The notes under the pieces were generated by a model. The model saw nothing but the letters and a program-made list of their open reading frames with translations, did no database searches and was not told the origin of the DNA. DNA of 54,075 nt, taken from contig CBDUYR010000017.1 in the NCBI GenBank assembly GCA_965371515.1, positions 1 through 54,075 of the forward strand. Reading direction: 5' to 3'. Shown piece by piece: positions 45,993 through 54,075 of this stretch. The translations under genes were made by a program, and so were the position numbers. Source of the stretch: an uncultured bacterium (lineage in GTDB: Bacteria; Krumholzibacteriota; Krumholzibacteriia; Krumholzibacteriales; Krumholzibacteriaceae). The first letter of the stretch is position 1. Each line of letters starts with the position of its first letter.

Positions 45993-47366
45993 ATGAACGA
46001 ATCAGGATTTGAAAGCGATCGTTCTCCGAAGGAAACGCGTCTTTATTTCGCGATTCTCCTCGCCCTGTTCCTCGTATATCTGCTGTCCGGTCTGGTGCTG
46101 CCCGCCCTGAGCGAGGACGGGGACCTGGTTCGGGAGGCGTTTTTCGGATTCTCCCAACTTGGCTGTTTCGGGGTTCCCTGCATACTCATCGGGCTGTCGG
46201 TTCCGCTGGTCGTTCTGCTCGCCCGCCGGAGGATCTCGTCCGAATCGATGGAGAGGATGCGTGGGAGGGCCGACCGGATCTTTCACAACACCTGGTTCCG
46301 CATCGGATTCTCGCTGCTGCTTGTTGTCGTTTTCTTTCTTCTGAGGAACCGGTTCATCAACTACGACGGGCAGATGTTTGCCGAGAAATTCGCGCGCGAC
46401 GTCCCTCTCCACGGAGCGCATGTCACTCATGATGAGATGTGGGAGCTCTACCTCCATTCAAGGTTCTGGTTCTACACGGATTATCTGTTCGGCTGGAGCG
46501 TTGAACTCTCGTATCAGGTGCTTTCGTCGGTGGTCGGCGGAGCGTTCATCCTGCTGCTTATGTACTACTGCTCCATCATGTTTCCCGAAAGGCCTGTTCT
46601 CGCCTTCCTCGTATGTGTTTCCGGCGGGTATATGCAGCTCTTTTTCGGCGACGTGGAGAATTACACGCTGACGGCAACGTTGATAATGGCGTACTTCGTT
46701 GTTTCGGCGATCTATATCAAGGGCAGACTGAGTATCATCACGCCATCTGTGATACTTGCCGCGGCTCTTACCTTTCACCTGCTCGCAGGGTTTCTTATCC
46801 CGTCCCTGCTCATACTTTACAACATCGCCTGGAAGAGGGATGAGAAGCGGCCCGTGATTATCGCCGCAGGGATATTCTGCGCTGTAGTGGGGCTTACGCT
46901 GCTTTTCTTCCACCTCAACGACCTGCCGATCAGGAATCTGTGGTATCACAGCCACGCGTTCGGACACGGCGGAAACATGAGACCGAGGCTCGTCGACCCT
47001 TCCCCCGGATACTATTTTCAGATACTGAACCTGGCATTCCTTCTCGTCCCCGTGTGGATCATACTCATTCCCCAGCTCCTCTTCGGCCGGATCAGGCTCG
47101 ACGACATGAATATCCATCTCATGATCGCTGTGATCTTCATGGGACTCTTCTTCGTCGGATGGAAGGCAACGCTGGGGGTCTATTCGGACTGGAACATGTT
47201 CGCCGTCGCGGCCCTGCCGGTCACGTTCCTCGTATTGCGCAACATGCTATCGACCGAGTGCATCCGCAGGAGATGCTGGCTGATATACCTGTTTGCGTGG
47301 CTGTTCATGCTGCATTCCTATTCATGGGTGATCTCCAACCACTTCTACAACGCGGCCTCCAGCTGA
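45993..47366 (+). CDS. Polytopic membrane protein, possibly GT-C glycosyltransferase-like
   Basis: More than 10 TM segments; NYDG loop; FFGDVENY; DW..F; start may be 45981. Confidence 0.65.
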   Translation: MNESGFESDRSPKETRLYFAILLALFLVYLLSGLVLPALSEDGDLVREAFFGFSQLGCFGVPCILIGLSVPLVVLLARRRISSESMERMRGRADRIFHNTWFRIGFSLLLVVVFFLLRNRFINYDGQMFAEKFARDVPLHGAHVTHDEMWELYLHSRFWFYTDYLFGWSVELSYQVLSSVVGGAFILLLMYYCSIMFPERPVLAFLVCVSGGYMQLFFGDVENYTLTATLIMAYFVVSAIYIKGRLSIITPSVILAAALTFHLLAGFLIPSLLILYNIAWKRDEKRPVIIAAGIFCAVVGLTLLFFHLNDLPIRNLWYHSHAFGHGGNMRPRLVDPSPGYYFQILNLAFLLVPVWIILIPQLLFGRIRLDDMNIHLMIAVIFMGLFFVGWKATLGVYSDWNMFAVAALPVTFLVLRNMLSTECIRRRCWLIYLFAWLFMLHSYSWVISNHFYNAASS

Positions 47367-47402
47367 TAGCGAATTGCTGCCCCACGACCGACAGCATGCA
47401 AA

Positions 47403-47431
47403 TTGACACGGGGCGGGGAATGCTCTAGTGT
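47403..47431 (+). promoter_or_regulatory. sigma70 promoter of rmuC
   Basis: TTGACA-N17-TAGTGT. Confidence 0.55.
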
Positions 47432-47500
47432 ACCTGAATACGGGACAGGTAACGGGACATTCGACCAGGAATCACTCGATCGCTTCCAAGAGGTAGGGCA

Positions 47501-48721
47501 TTGAATTATCTTACACTTATATTCTTTCTCATTATTTTCGCCGCGAATATCATAGTGGCTGTCATCTTCTTGAGGAAACAGCGGGGCCCGGATTCCGATC
47601 ACGAGAAGATTCTGCGGGACGAGATGAAGCTGAACCGCGAGGAGATCACCAACACGCTGGTCAGACTGGTCGGCGAGATGCGCGAATCACAGGACGCAAG
47701 GCAGGAGAGCACCGGGAAGCGCATCGGCGAGCTGACCGACAAGGTCGAGGAACGTCTGAAGGAAATGCAGGAGAGCAACGAGAAGAAACTCGAGAAGATG
47801 CGCGAGACGGTTGACGAGAAGCTCCAGAGCACATTGGAGAAACGTATCGGAGAATCGTTCAAGCGCGTCAGCGAGCATCTCGAGGCGGTGCACAAGGGCC
47901 TGGGCGAGATGAAGAACCTGGCCAACGGTGTCGGGGACCTGAAGAAGGTCCTTACCAACGTCAAGACCCGGGGCACGTGGGGAGAGATCCAGCTCGGGGC
48001 CATACTCGAGCAGATCCTGACGAAGGACCAGTACGGGACCAACGTCGCCACCCGTCCCGGATCTGCCGAACGTGTCGAGTACGCTGTAAAACTGCCGGGT
48101 CCGGAAGAAGATCTGGAGACTTGTGTCTGGCTGCCCGTCGACGCGAAATTTCCCCAGGAGGACTATCTTCGTCTCGTGGATGCTTCCGAGGCGGGAGACG
48201 CGGATGCTGTCCGCAAGGCGATGTCGGCCCTCAACGCAGCGGTGCTCTCGTCGGCGAAGGATATCAGGGACAAGTATCTCGAGCCGCCGCACACGACCGA
48301 TTTCGCCATAATGTTCCTGCCGACCGAGGGACTGTATGCCGAGGTGCTGAGGCAGACCGGCATCATAGAGCGGCTGCAGAGTGAGATGCGTGTGGTCGTC
48401 GCCGGCCCGACTACTCTCGCCGCAATATTGAGTTCGCTGCGGATGGGATTCCGGACGCTGGCTATTGAGAAGCGCTCCAGTGAGGTCTGGAAAATCCTCA
48501 GTGCGGTCAAGACGGAATTCGGAAGATTCGATGGAGTGCTCAAGAAACTCGGCAGGCAACTTGACACGGCCAGGAAGACGGTTGAAGATACTGGTGTACG
48601 GACCCGTGCGATGGAGCGCAAGCTCAGGGGCGTCGAAACACTTCCCGGGGTCGATGCGACCAGGCTGCTGGAACTGCCGGAGGACGGACAGGCGGAGCAC
48701 GAAGAGGATGAACCCACTTGA
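47501..48721 (+). CDS. rmuC: DNA recombination protein RmuC
   Basis: N-terminal TM plus coiled coil; NVKTRGTWGE; DAKFP; KY..PP.TTDFAIMFLPTE. Confidence 0.95.
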   Translation: MNYLTLIFFLIIFAANIIVAVIFLRKQRGPDSDHEKILRDEMKLNREEITNTLVRLVGEMRESQDARQESTGKRIGELTDKVEERLKEMQESNEKKLEKMRETVDEKLQSTLEKRIGESFKRVSEHLEAVHKGLGEMKNLANGVGDLKKVLTNVKTRGTWGEIQLGAILEQILTKDQYGTNVATRPGSAERVEYAVKLPGPEEDLETCVWLPVDAKFPQEDYLRLVDASEAGDADAVRKAMSALNAAVLSSAKDIRDKYLEPPHTTDFAIMFLPTEGLYAEVLRQTGIIERLQSEMRVVVAGPTTLAAILSSLRMGFRTLAIEKRSSEVWKILSAVKTEFGRFDGVLKKLGRQLDTARKTVEDTGVRTRAMERKLRGVETLPGVDATRLLELPEDGQAEHEEDEPT

Positions 48722-48735
48722 AGAAAGAGGACACA

Positions 48736-49134
48736 GTGAAAAAGCTATTTGTCGCAGCGTTTCTGATAATGTGCATGTGCATTCCGATCCAGTCAGAAGG
48801 AGAAGAGAAATTAGTGAACCTTCTAGATGGGGCACCTTACAGTGACACCGGAATGGGTAAAATGAAGCTTGTAGACGAGGATTACTTGTGGATGATGCAG
48901 GCTGCGTTGAAACCAGGACAGGCAGTACCCCAACACAATGCGAACTCTAATGTGCATATTATCATCCTGGACGGGGAAGTCGTTATTAATCTGTCCGGAA
49001 AGGACATCACCGCAAAGAAAGGCGATCTTGTGCCTGTTGCTTTCAAGACGCCGATGAACATTAAAAACACGTCCGAAGCGAACGCGACATTCGTGATTAT
49101 CAAGACACCAAACCCTGGTCAGATGGGCAAGTAA
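48736..49134 (+). CDS. Secreted cupin domain protein
   Basis: GTG start after AGAGGA; signal peptide; LKPGQ.VP.H; second cupin motif. Confidence 0.75.
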   Translation: MKKLFVAAFLIMCMCIPIQSEGEEKLVNLLDGAPYSDTGMGKMKLVDEDYLWMMQAALKPGQAVPQHNANSNVHIIILDGEVVINLSGKDITAKKGDLVPVAFKTPMNIKNTSEANATFVIIKTPNPGQMGK

Positions 49135-49154
49135 GACAGAGAACTGGGGAGCTG

Positions 49155-50012
49155 ATGATGGGCAAGAGGCTTCTGATCGCGAGTGGAGCTATCGTTATAG
49201 TCGCCGCTGCCCTGGTTTTAATCGGGCAGGCCCGTGAAAGTGCCAAGGTGGACCGGCAGGTTGAAATGCTTATCCAGAGTGCATCCAGGCCAATTGCCGA
49301 CTCCGTCGATTTTGATTCCTTCTCAGAACTTCCCTCTCCGGTCGCCCGCTATTTGAGGCACGTTTTAACGGATCGGCAAGAACTGATCAGAACGGCGAAG
49401 ATGCACCAGTCGGGTGTGCTGCGAACCAGCGCGACGACCGAAAGATGGTCTTCGTTTACTGCACGTCAACTTGTTGTGCCACCCACAACAGGCTTCATCT
49501 GGAACGCCAGAGTCGAGATGCCTTTTGCCACCCATATCCGTATTCTGGACAGCTACAGCGCTGGAGTCGGCTCAGGACGCGCGAGCCTTTTATCGGCCTT
49601 TGCAGTCGCCTCAGAAGCAGGCGTGCCAGAGCTGAACTCGGGAGCATTGCACAGGTACCTGGCCGAGGCGGTCTGGTTTCCCACTGCCCTTTTGCCCCAG
49701 TCAGGTGTAGTATGGAGTGCGATCAACGGCCACTCGGCAATGGCCACACTGACTGACGGCGGCACCACTGTATCGCTGGAATTTCGATTCAACGAAGTCG
49801 GAGAGGTGACGGGAATCTACAGCCCCGGGCGTTTCGGTATCTTCGATGGTGTATACAAGCAGGTGCCATGGGAAGGACACTTTCGCGACTATCAAGTCCG
49901 AGAGGGCATGCGCGTCCCCATGTATGGCGAAGTTGGCTGGTACGACGACGGAACCCTGCATTTAGTCTGGAAAGGAGACCTGATCGATGTGCAGTATGAG
50001 CTTGGACCGTGA
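49155..50012 (+). CDS. DUF6544/DUF6920-like protein
   Basis: LP.PV.RYL; GF.W.A; D.Y..G.G; L.RYLAE.VWFPTAL; PW.G. Confidence 0.75.
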   Translation: MMGKRLLIASGAIVIVAAALVLIGQARESAKVDRQVEMLIQSASRPIADSVDFDSFSELPSPVARYLRHVLTDRQELIRTAKMHQSGVLRTSATTERWSSFTARQLVVPPTTGFIWNARVEMPFATHIRILDSYSAGVGSGRASLLSAFAVASEAGVPELNSGALHRYLAEAVWFPTALLPQSGVVWSAINGHSAMATLTDGGTTVSLEFRFNEVGEVTGIYSPGRFGIFDGVYKQVPWEGHFRDYQVREGMRVPMYGEVGWYDDGTLHLVWKGDLIDVQYELGP

Positions 50013-50041
50013 GTAACAAAGCACTGCACCGGCGGCAATTC
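50012..50041 (+). mobile_element. Left half of an integron attC site (remnant)
   Basis: agTAACaaagcactgcaccggcggcaattc directly after the stop codon; no matching right arm or GTTRRRY. Confidence 0.55.
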
Positions 50042-50073
50042 TACATCGAGTACTGAGAAGAGGTGACGAAAGG

Positions 50074-50466
50074 ATGCCCGTCAGAACGACCATAAATCAC
50101 GAGGATGAGATCACAGAACACATTGCAACAGGCGTCATCATCGATGAAGAGATGTTCGGAGCTCAGGCTGAATTCTACGAGAATGGCCCCACCAGGCTTC
50201 AACTGTGGGATATGACGGATTGCGAAGTGACCGAAGTCACGATCGGCGGCATGCGCTCTTTCATAGCGAGGGCTGCCGAACTTGGACGGTCGAGAACAAA
50301 CGGCAGAACGGCTGTTATCGTTCATTCCGACCTGCAGTACGGTCTCGGCAGGATGGCGGAGGTGTTCGCGGAGTTCGTGTCGATCCCGTTCGCCTTTCGG
50401 ATCTTCAAGAGCCGCACAGACGCCCTTGCCTGGCTGAACTCAGAATCAAAGGATGAAAACGAATGA
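50074..50466 (+). CDS. STAS/SEC14 (SpoIIAA-like) domain protein
   Basis: LWD; RTAV.V..DL.YGL.RM; F.....A..WL. Confidence 0.7.
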   Translation: MPVRTTINHEDEITEHIATGVIIDEEMFGAQAEFYENGPTRLQLWDMTDCEVTEVTIGGMRSFIARAAELGRSRTNGRTAVIVHSDLQYGLGRMAEVFAEFVSIPFAFRIFKSRTDALAWLNSESKDENE

Positions 50467-50834
50467 AAGAGATACCAGTCTATGAATCGGAGAGCACTGT
50501 CAGAAACCTGTGGCAGGCTTATCGCATCTTTAATGATCGAGTCGAGATCGACTGGCTGTTCGGGTGCATGACGATTCCTTTTGATCACATCGAGAAAGTG
50601 ATCGTTTCCGAGTCCGAGGTCAAGGGTCTGATGAGAGGGGATCTGCACCTGAAGGACTTTCGACCGGCACTTAAAGTGGATTGGGCCAATTTTGTCGAGC
50701 ATGTCGTGATCGATAAGAGCGGGGGCCATATCCACAGGATCCTCCTGACACCGGAAAATCCTGAAGAGTTCGTGAACACCCTCGATGAGGCACTTTCCAG
50801 TTATGAGCAAGACGGGGAGGGCGGAGAAGGTTAG
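50463..50834 (+). CDS. Hypothetical protein (bacterial PH-like)
   Basis: ATGA coupling; IPF..I..V; LLTPENPEEF...L. Confidence 0.65.
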   Translation: MKEIPVYESESTVRNLWQAYRIFNDRVEIDWLFGCMTIPFDHIEKVIVSESEVKGLMRGDLHLKDFRPALKVDWANFVEHVVIDKSGGHIHRILLTPENPEEFVNTLDEALSSYEQDGEGGEG

Positions 50835-51937
50835 GAGCGATCGACACCGAGAACGTCGATATACCTGGAAGTTATTGTATCAATCGAAAAATCTTTCGCT
50901 CGATCGATGAGTGCGTCCCGGTCAGGGGGATCATCAATTGTATTCAATATCGCATCAGCGAAAGTTTCTGCATTGCCGACAGGAACGAGCTTTCCAAACT
51001 TGCCGTTTTCCAGGATCTCCGCAGGACCGCCGGGGCAGTTGGTCGAAACAACTGGTGTCCCGGCTGCCAGGGCCTCGACCAGTACGTTTCCAAAACCTTC
51101 CCATCTCGAGGACAGAACAACAACCGAAGCCCTGGCAATATAGGCGTGGGGATTTGACACAAATCCCGGGAATTCTACATCCTTTTCAAGACCGAGTTTC
51201 GCAACGAGCTCGAGCAAGCGGCCCCTTTCAGCCCCCTCCCCAAGGATGAGCAGCCGTGCAGTACGATCCTTGCGGACAACGCTGAAAGCGCGGATCATGG
51301 TTTCATAATCCTTCTGATCATGCAGGCGTCCGATTCCCAGTACGACCGGGATATCGTTATTCCTGAACCATGGATGATCAATGGCTGCTTTCTGCTTCTC
51401 GAGGAGACTGTCTGACACGATGGGATTGTGGATCACGCGAACGTGATCTTCACTTGCGATTCCGTGTCTGATCAGATCATCGGCGGTATCCAGAGAATTG
51501 GCTACGATTATATCGGCCTTCGGATACAGTCTTTTCATCAGATAGAATACCGTACGTTCTCTGATGGAGGGGGTTCGATACTCATGGAAGGTCAATGTAT
51601 TGGCTTCACGGACGATCAGCCGCAGGGCTGACCCTGAAAACCATCTGGCCAGGAGAGCGACGACGTTGCAATGACTCATGGTGGACAGCATCGCTGCGGG
51701 TCGCGTGCGCTTTATGTATTTTACGAGACGGGGCAGACTGCCGAGAGTGCCCCCGGCTCCGAGATCGACAAGTCTCACTCCTTCGGGCACGTCATCGAGG
51801 AGGGGGCCGGCAGCCTTCGCGACGACGAGATCGACATCATAGCCTCGTTCGGCGAAACCCCGGGCAAGATTGATGATGACCCTCTGGGCGCCCCCGCCGC
51901 TGAGGTTCGGTACAAAGAATGCCGTCTTACTGTTCAT
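50831..51937 (-). CDS. Glycosyltransferase family 4
   Basis: GGAQR; GRL..QK; SRWEGFGNVLVEA...G.PVV; start re-called at MNSK. Confidence 0.92.
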   Translation of the reverse strand: MNSKTAFFVPNLSGGGAQRVIINLARGFAERGYDVDLVVAKAAGPLLDDVPEGVRLVDLGAGGTLGSLPRLVKYIKRTRPAAMLSTMSHCNVVALLARWFSGSALRLIVREANTLTFHEYRTPSIRERTVFYLMKRLYPKADIIVANSLDTADDLIRHGIASEDHVRVIHNPIVSDSLLEKQKAAIDHPWFRNNDIPVVLGIGRLHDQKDYETMIRAFSVVRKDRTARLLILGEGAERGRLLELVAKLGLEKDVEFPGFVSNPHAYIARASVVVLSSRWEGFGNVLVEALAAGTPVVSTNCPGGPAEILENGKFGKLVPVGNAETFADAILNTIDDPPDRDALIDRAKDFSIDTITSRYIDVLGVDRS

Positions 51938-52176
51938 GTTTTCCTTACGCAGCCCAAAGATTCTCCAGGACAAACCGCCAGGCAGAGGGCGTTCTCGAGC
52001 ACTCGAGATATATCCTGATTATCAATCATGGATGATGTCCCAGTATACTGGTATGCTGAAGGAGCCAGTCATTCTTGTATCTTGTTTACAGGAGGAATGC
52101 TATCGCACGCAAGAAGAATTGCATATGCGTTATTCTTGCTTAAATTTTTCAGGATCCAGACAGGGACAGGTGATTT

Positions 52177-52806
52177 ATGCCAGGATTCTTCGGATCGCGG
52201 CATGTAGCTCTGCTGATGCCATGCATCGCTGTACTGATCGGGCTGAATATACTCAGGTCGGCGTGGGCGGCGATCCTGTTCTATCATGCAGTGATCGTGA
52301 TATACCTGTTTCTCACACGCAGCGATCGCCCCCGGCCGGCGTTGTTCCGGGGGTGGCATACCTCGACCGGTATCGGGCTCATCCTTCTGTGTGCGTGCTC
52401 CGGGCTGCTTCTGGTCCTTCTATGGCCCGTGATCGAAAACGTACATGGCAACCTCTCCGCGGCCCTCGATTCATTCGGGCTCCACGGGGCGCGATGGTGG
52501 CTGTTCGCCGCGTACTACGTCTCCCTGCATCCGATTCTCGAAGAGATCTTCTGGAGAGGCGCGATGTCAGAACGGAACCGAAGCATCAATTTTACTGATA
52601 TCGCTTTTGCCACGTATCACATGCTCGTGCTCCTGCATTTCCTGAAGATTCCCTGGGTCATCGTCGTGTTCGTTATACTTGTCCTGGTATCATGGTTCTG
52701 GCGAAGCATTGCCGGGCGCTATCACGGTCTGGCCATTCCGGTGATATCCCACATGACCGCGGGGCTGGGCATAATGACGGCTACATATTTCCTGAGCCGC
52801 GGGTGA
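52177..52806 (+). CDS. CPBP (CAAX/Abi) family intramembrane metalloprotease
   Basis: EE.FWRG; FA.YH; SH. Confidence 0.8.
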   Translation: MPGFFGSRHVALLMPCIAVLIGLNILRSAWAAILFYHAVIVIYLFLTRSDRPRPALFRGWHTSTGIGLILLCACSGLLLVLLWPVIENVHGNLSAALDSFGLHGARWWLFAAYYVSLHPILEEIFWRGAMSERNRSINFTDIAFATYHMLVLLHFLKIPWVIVVFVILVLVSWFWRSIAGRYHGLAIPVISHMTAGLGIMTATYFLSRG

Positions 52807-52908
52807 TCCCCGGGTTACCAGCGACGGGTTTCTGACTTGCGCCTCCGCGTAGAGATAAGTGATAATCATCTGGCGGGAACGAGCTTTCCTGATTCGACAG
52901 TGGATCAT

Positions 52909-54066
52909 ATGAAAAGATGCAAGAGTATATCAATTTCGCTGGTCCTGATGGCATCACTGGTCGTCATCGTGTCCTGTTATAACGACGATCTTGCAGGCAC
53001 GCCGGCTGACCCTGTGATGCATCCTGACAGGATAACGTTCAGCACTCAGGCGAACTATCCCAGCTGCTGTGCACCCGTATCGGTGTGTTCGGGGGATTTT
53101 GACGGGGATGGCATTAAGGACCTTGCTATAGCAAACGGAGCGTCTGATGACATCTCGATATTACATGGAAACGGCGACGGGACTTTCGGTCCACGCGCAA
53201 ACTATACGGTCGGCGGTTGGCCCAGTGCGATCTGTTGCTGCGATCTCGACGGGAACGGGATCATCGATCTCGCCGTGTCGAATCTCGATTCTGACAGCAT
53301 CTCGGTTCTTCTTGGAAGCGGGGACGGGACCTTCGAGGCGGCGGCCAATTATGGAGTCAACGATGAACCGAGATCGATATGCTCGGGCGATTTCAACGGG
53401 GACATGAACGAGGATCTCGTCGTCGCTAATGCCGAGTCAGATGATGTCTCAGTGCTTCTCGGCAACGGGGATGGGACATTCGCCAAGGCTGATAGCTATG
53501 AAGCGGGTAATCATCCATTGTCCGTCTGCGCCTGCGATCTTGACGGCGACGGCAATCAGGATCTTGCCGTAGCGAACTCGAAGGAAAATTCCGTTTCAAT
53601 TCTGCTCGGCAACGGGGACGGGACATTTGCCGATACAATCAACTATCAGGCTGAAATCGATCCTTATTTTATCCTCGCAGACGATTTCAATGAAGACGGG
53701 AATATGGACCTTGTCGTAGCCAATTACGTTTATGGTAGCGTCAAAGTGCTTATAGGCAAAGGAGACGGGACCCTCGCCGAGAGTAAGCACTTTGTCGCTG
53801 ACAACGGGCCATGTTCGGTATGCCCGGGAGATCTCGACGGGGACGGACATATCGATCTGGCTGTCGTGAACTGGCGTTCGTACAACATCTCGGTACTCCT
53901 CGGCAATGGGGACGGGATTTTTTCTCTATCTGCCAATTACAAGGTGGGGGACGCTCCCTGCTCGGTCATCTGCTGCGATCTGGACGGAGACGGGGATGTA
54001 GATATCGTATCCGCGAATATGCAGTCCGACGATATTTCCGTACTTCTGAACGAGACGAACGATTGA
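52909..54066 (+). CDS. FG-GAP/VCBS repeat lipoprotein (7 repeats)
   Basis: Start re-called at MKRCK; lipobox IVSC; seven DxDGDGxxDL-type repeats with LLGNGDGTF. Confidence 0.9.
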   Translation: MKRCKSISISLVLMASLVVIVSCYNDDLAGTPADPVMHPDRITFSTQANYPSCCAPVSVCSGDFDGDGIKDLAIANGASDDISILHGNGDGTFGPRANYTVGGWPSAICCCDLDGNGIIDLAVSNLDSDSISVLLGSGDGTFEAAANYGVNDEPRSICSGDFNGDMNEDLVVANAESDDVSVLLGNGDGTFAKADSYEAGNHPLSVCACDLDGDGNQDLAVANSKENSVSILLGNGDGTFADTINYQAEIDPYFILADDFNEDGNMDLVVANYVYGSVKVLIGKGDGTLAESKHFVADNGPCSVCPGDLDGDGHIDLAVVNWRSYNISVLLGNGDGIFSLSANYKVGDAPCSVICCDLDGDGDVDIVSANMQSDDISVLLNETND

Positions 54067-54075
54067 ACTGGCCTG

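Noticed and set aside
52040..52139. Palindromes ccagtatactgg and gcaagaa...ttcttgc in the divergent GT4/CPBP gap
   Set aside because: Single short occurrences with no identifiable regulator; could be chance

Overview
About 54 kb of mostly core chromosome from a GC-rich (roughly 60% by eye), diderm, probably anaerobic bacterium. Gene style suggests an FCB-related candidate lineage such as Krumholzibacteriota, but this is an impression only. Recognisable blocks: a 5'-truncated LVIVD-repeat protein; a D-Ala-D-Ala carboxypeptidase; a TPR protein; a DUF62/SAM-halogenase-family operon; two ECF sigma/zinc anti-sigma pairs, the second followed by two Spy/CpxP/ZraP-like periplasmic proteins; a PTS-IIA + CBS + ArsB/NhaD module; pgeF and thrC; a DUF4384-like protein divergent from a full tolQRAB-pal-cpoB operon with two CNNM/CorC genes; hutH; an acpS-led operon with two PD-(D/E)XK-fold genes; rnfABCDGE, converging on ftcd-pgi-apbE-cytochrome c-membrane protein-31 aa peptide; and a lower-GC accessory tail (rmuC, cupin, DUF6544-like, GT4, CPBP, FG-GAP lipoprotein). 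I saw no rRNA, complete tRNA, CRISPR array, integrase or transposase. Best leads: (1) the apbE/CX4CH cytochrome/His-membrane protein/unannotated peptide module facing rnf; (2) a DUF62 enzyme with Leu in place of the catalytic His; (3) the acpS operon with a degenerate nuclease, a Cas4/AddB-like nuclease and a 14-bp direct repeat; (4) a secreted CxxCH protein with Tyr-rich and Arg-rich low-complexity regions; (5) tRNA-3'-like direct repeats flanking dacA, and a half attC site. All family calls come from motif recognition by eye; no searches were run.
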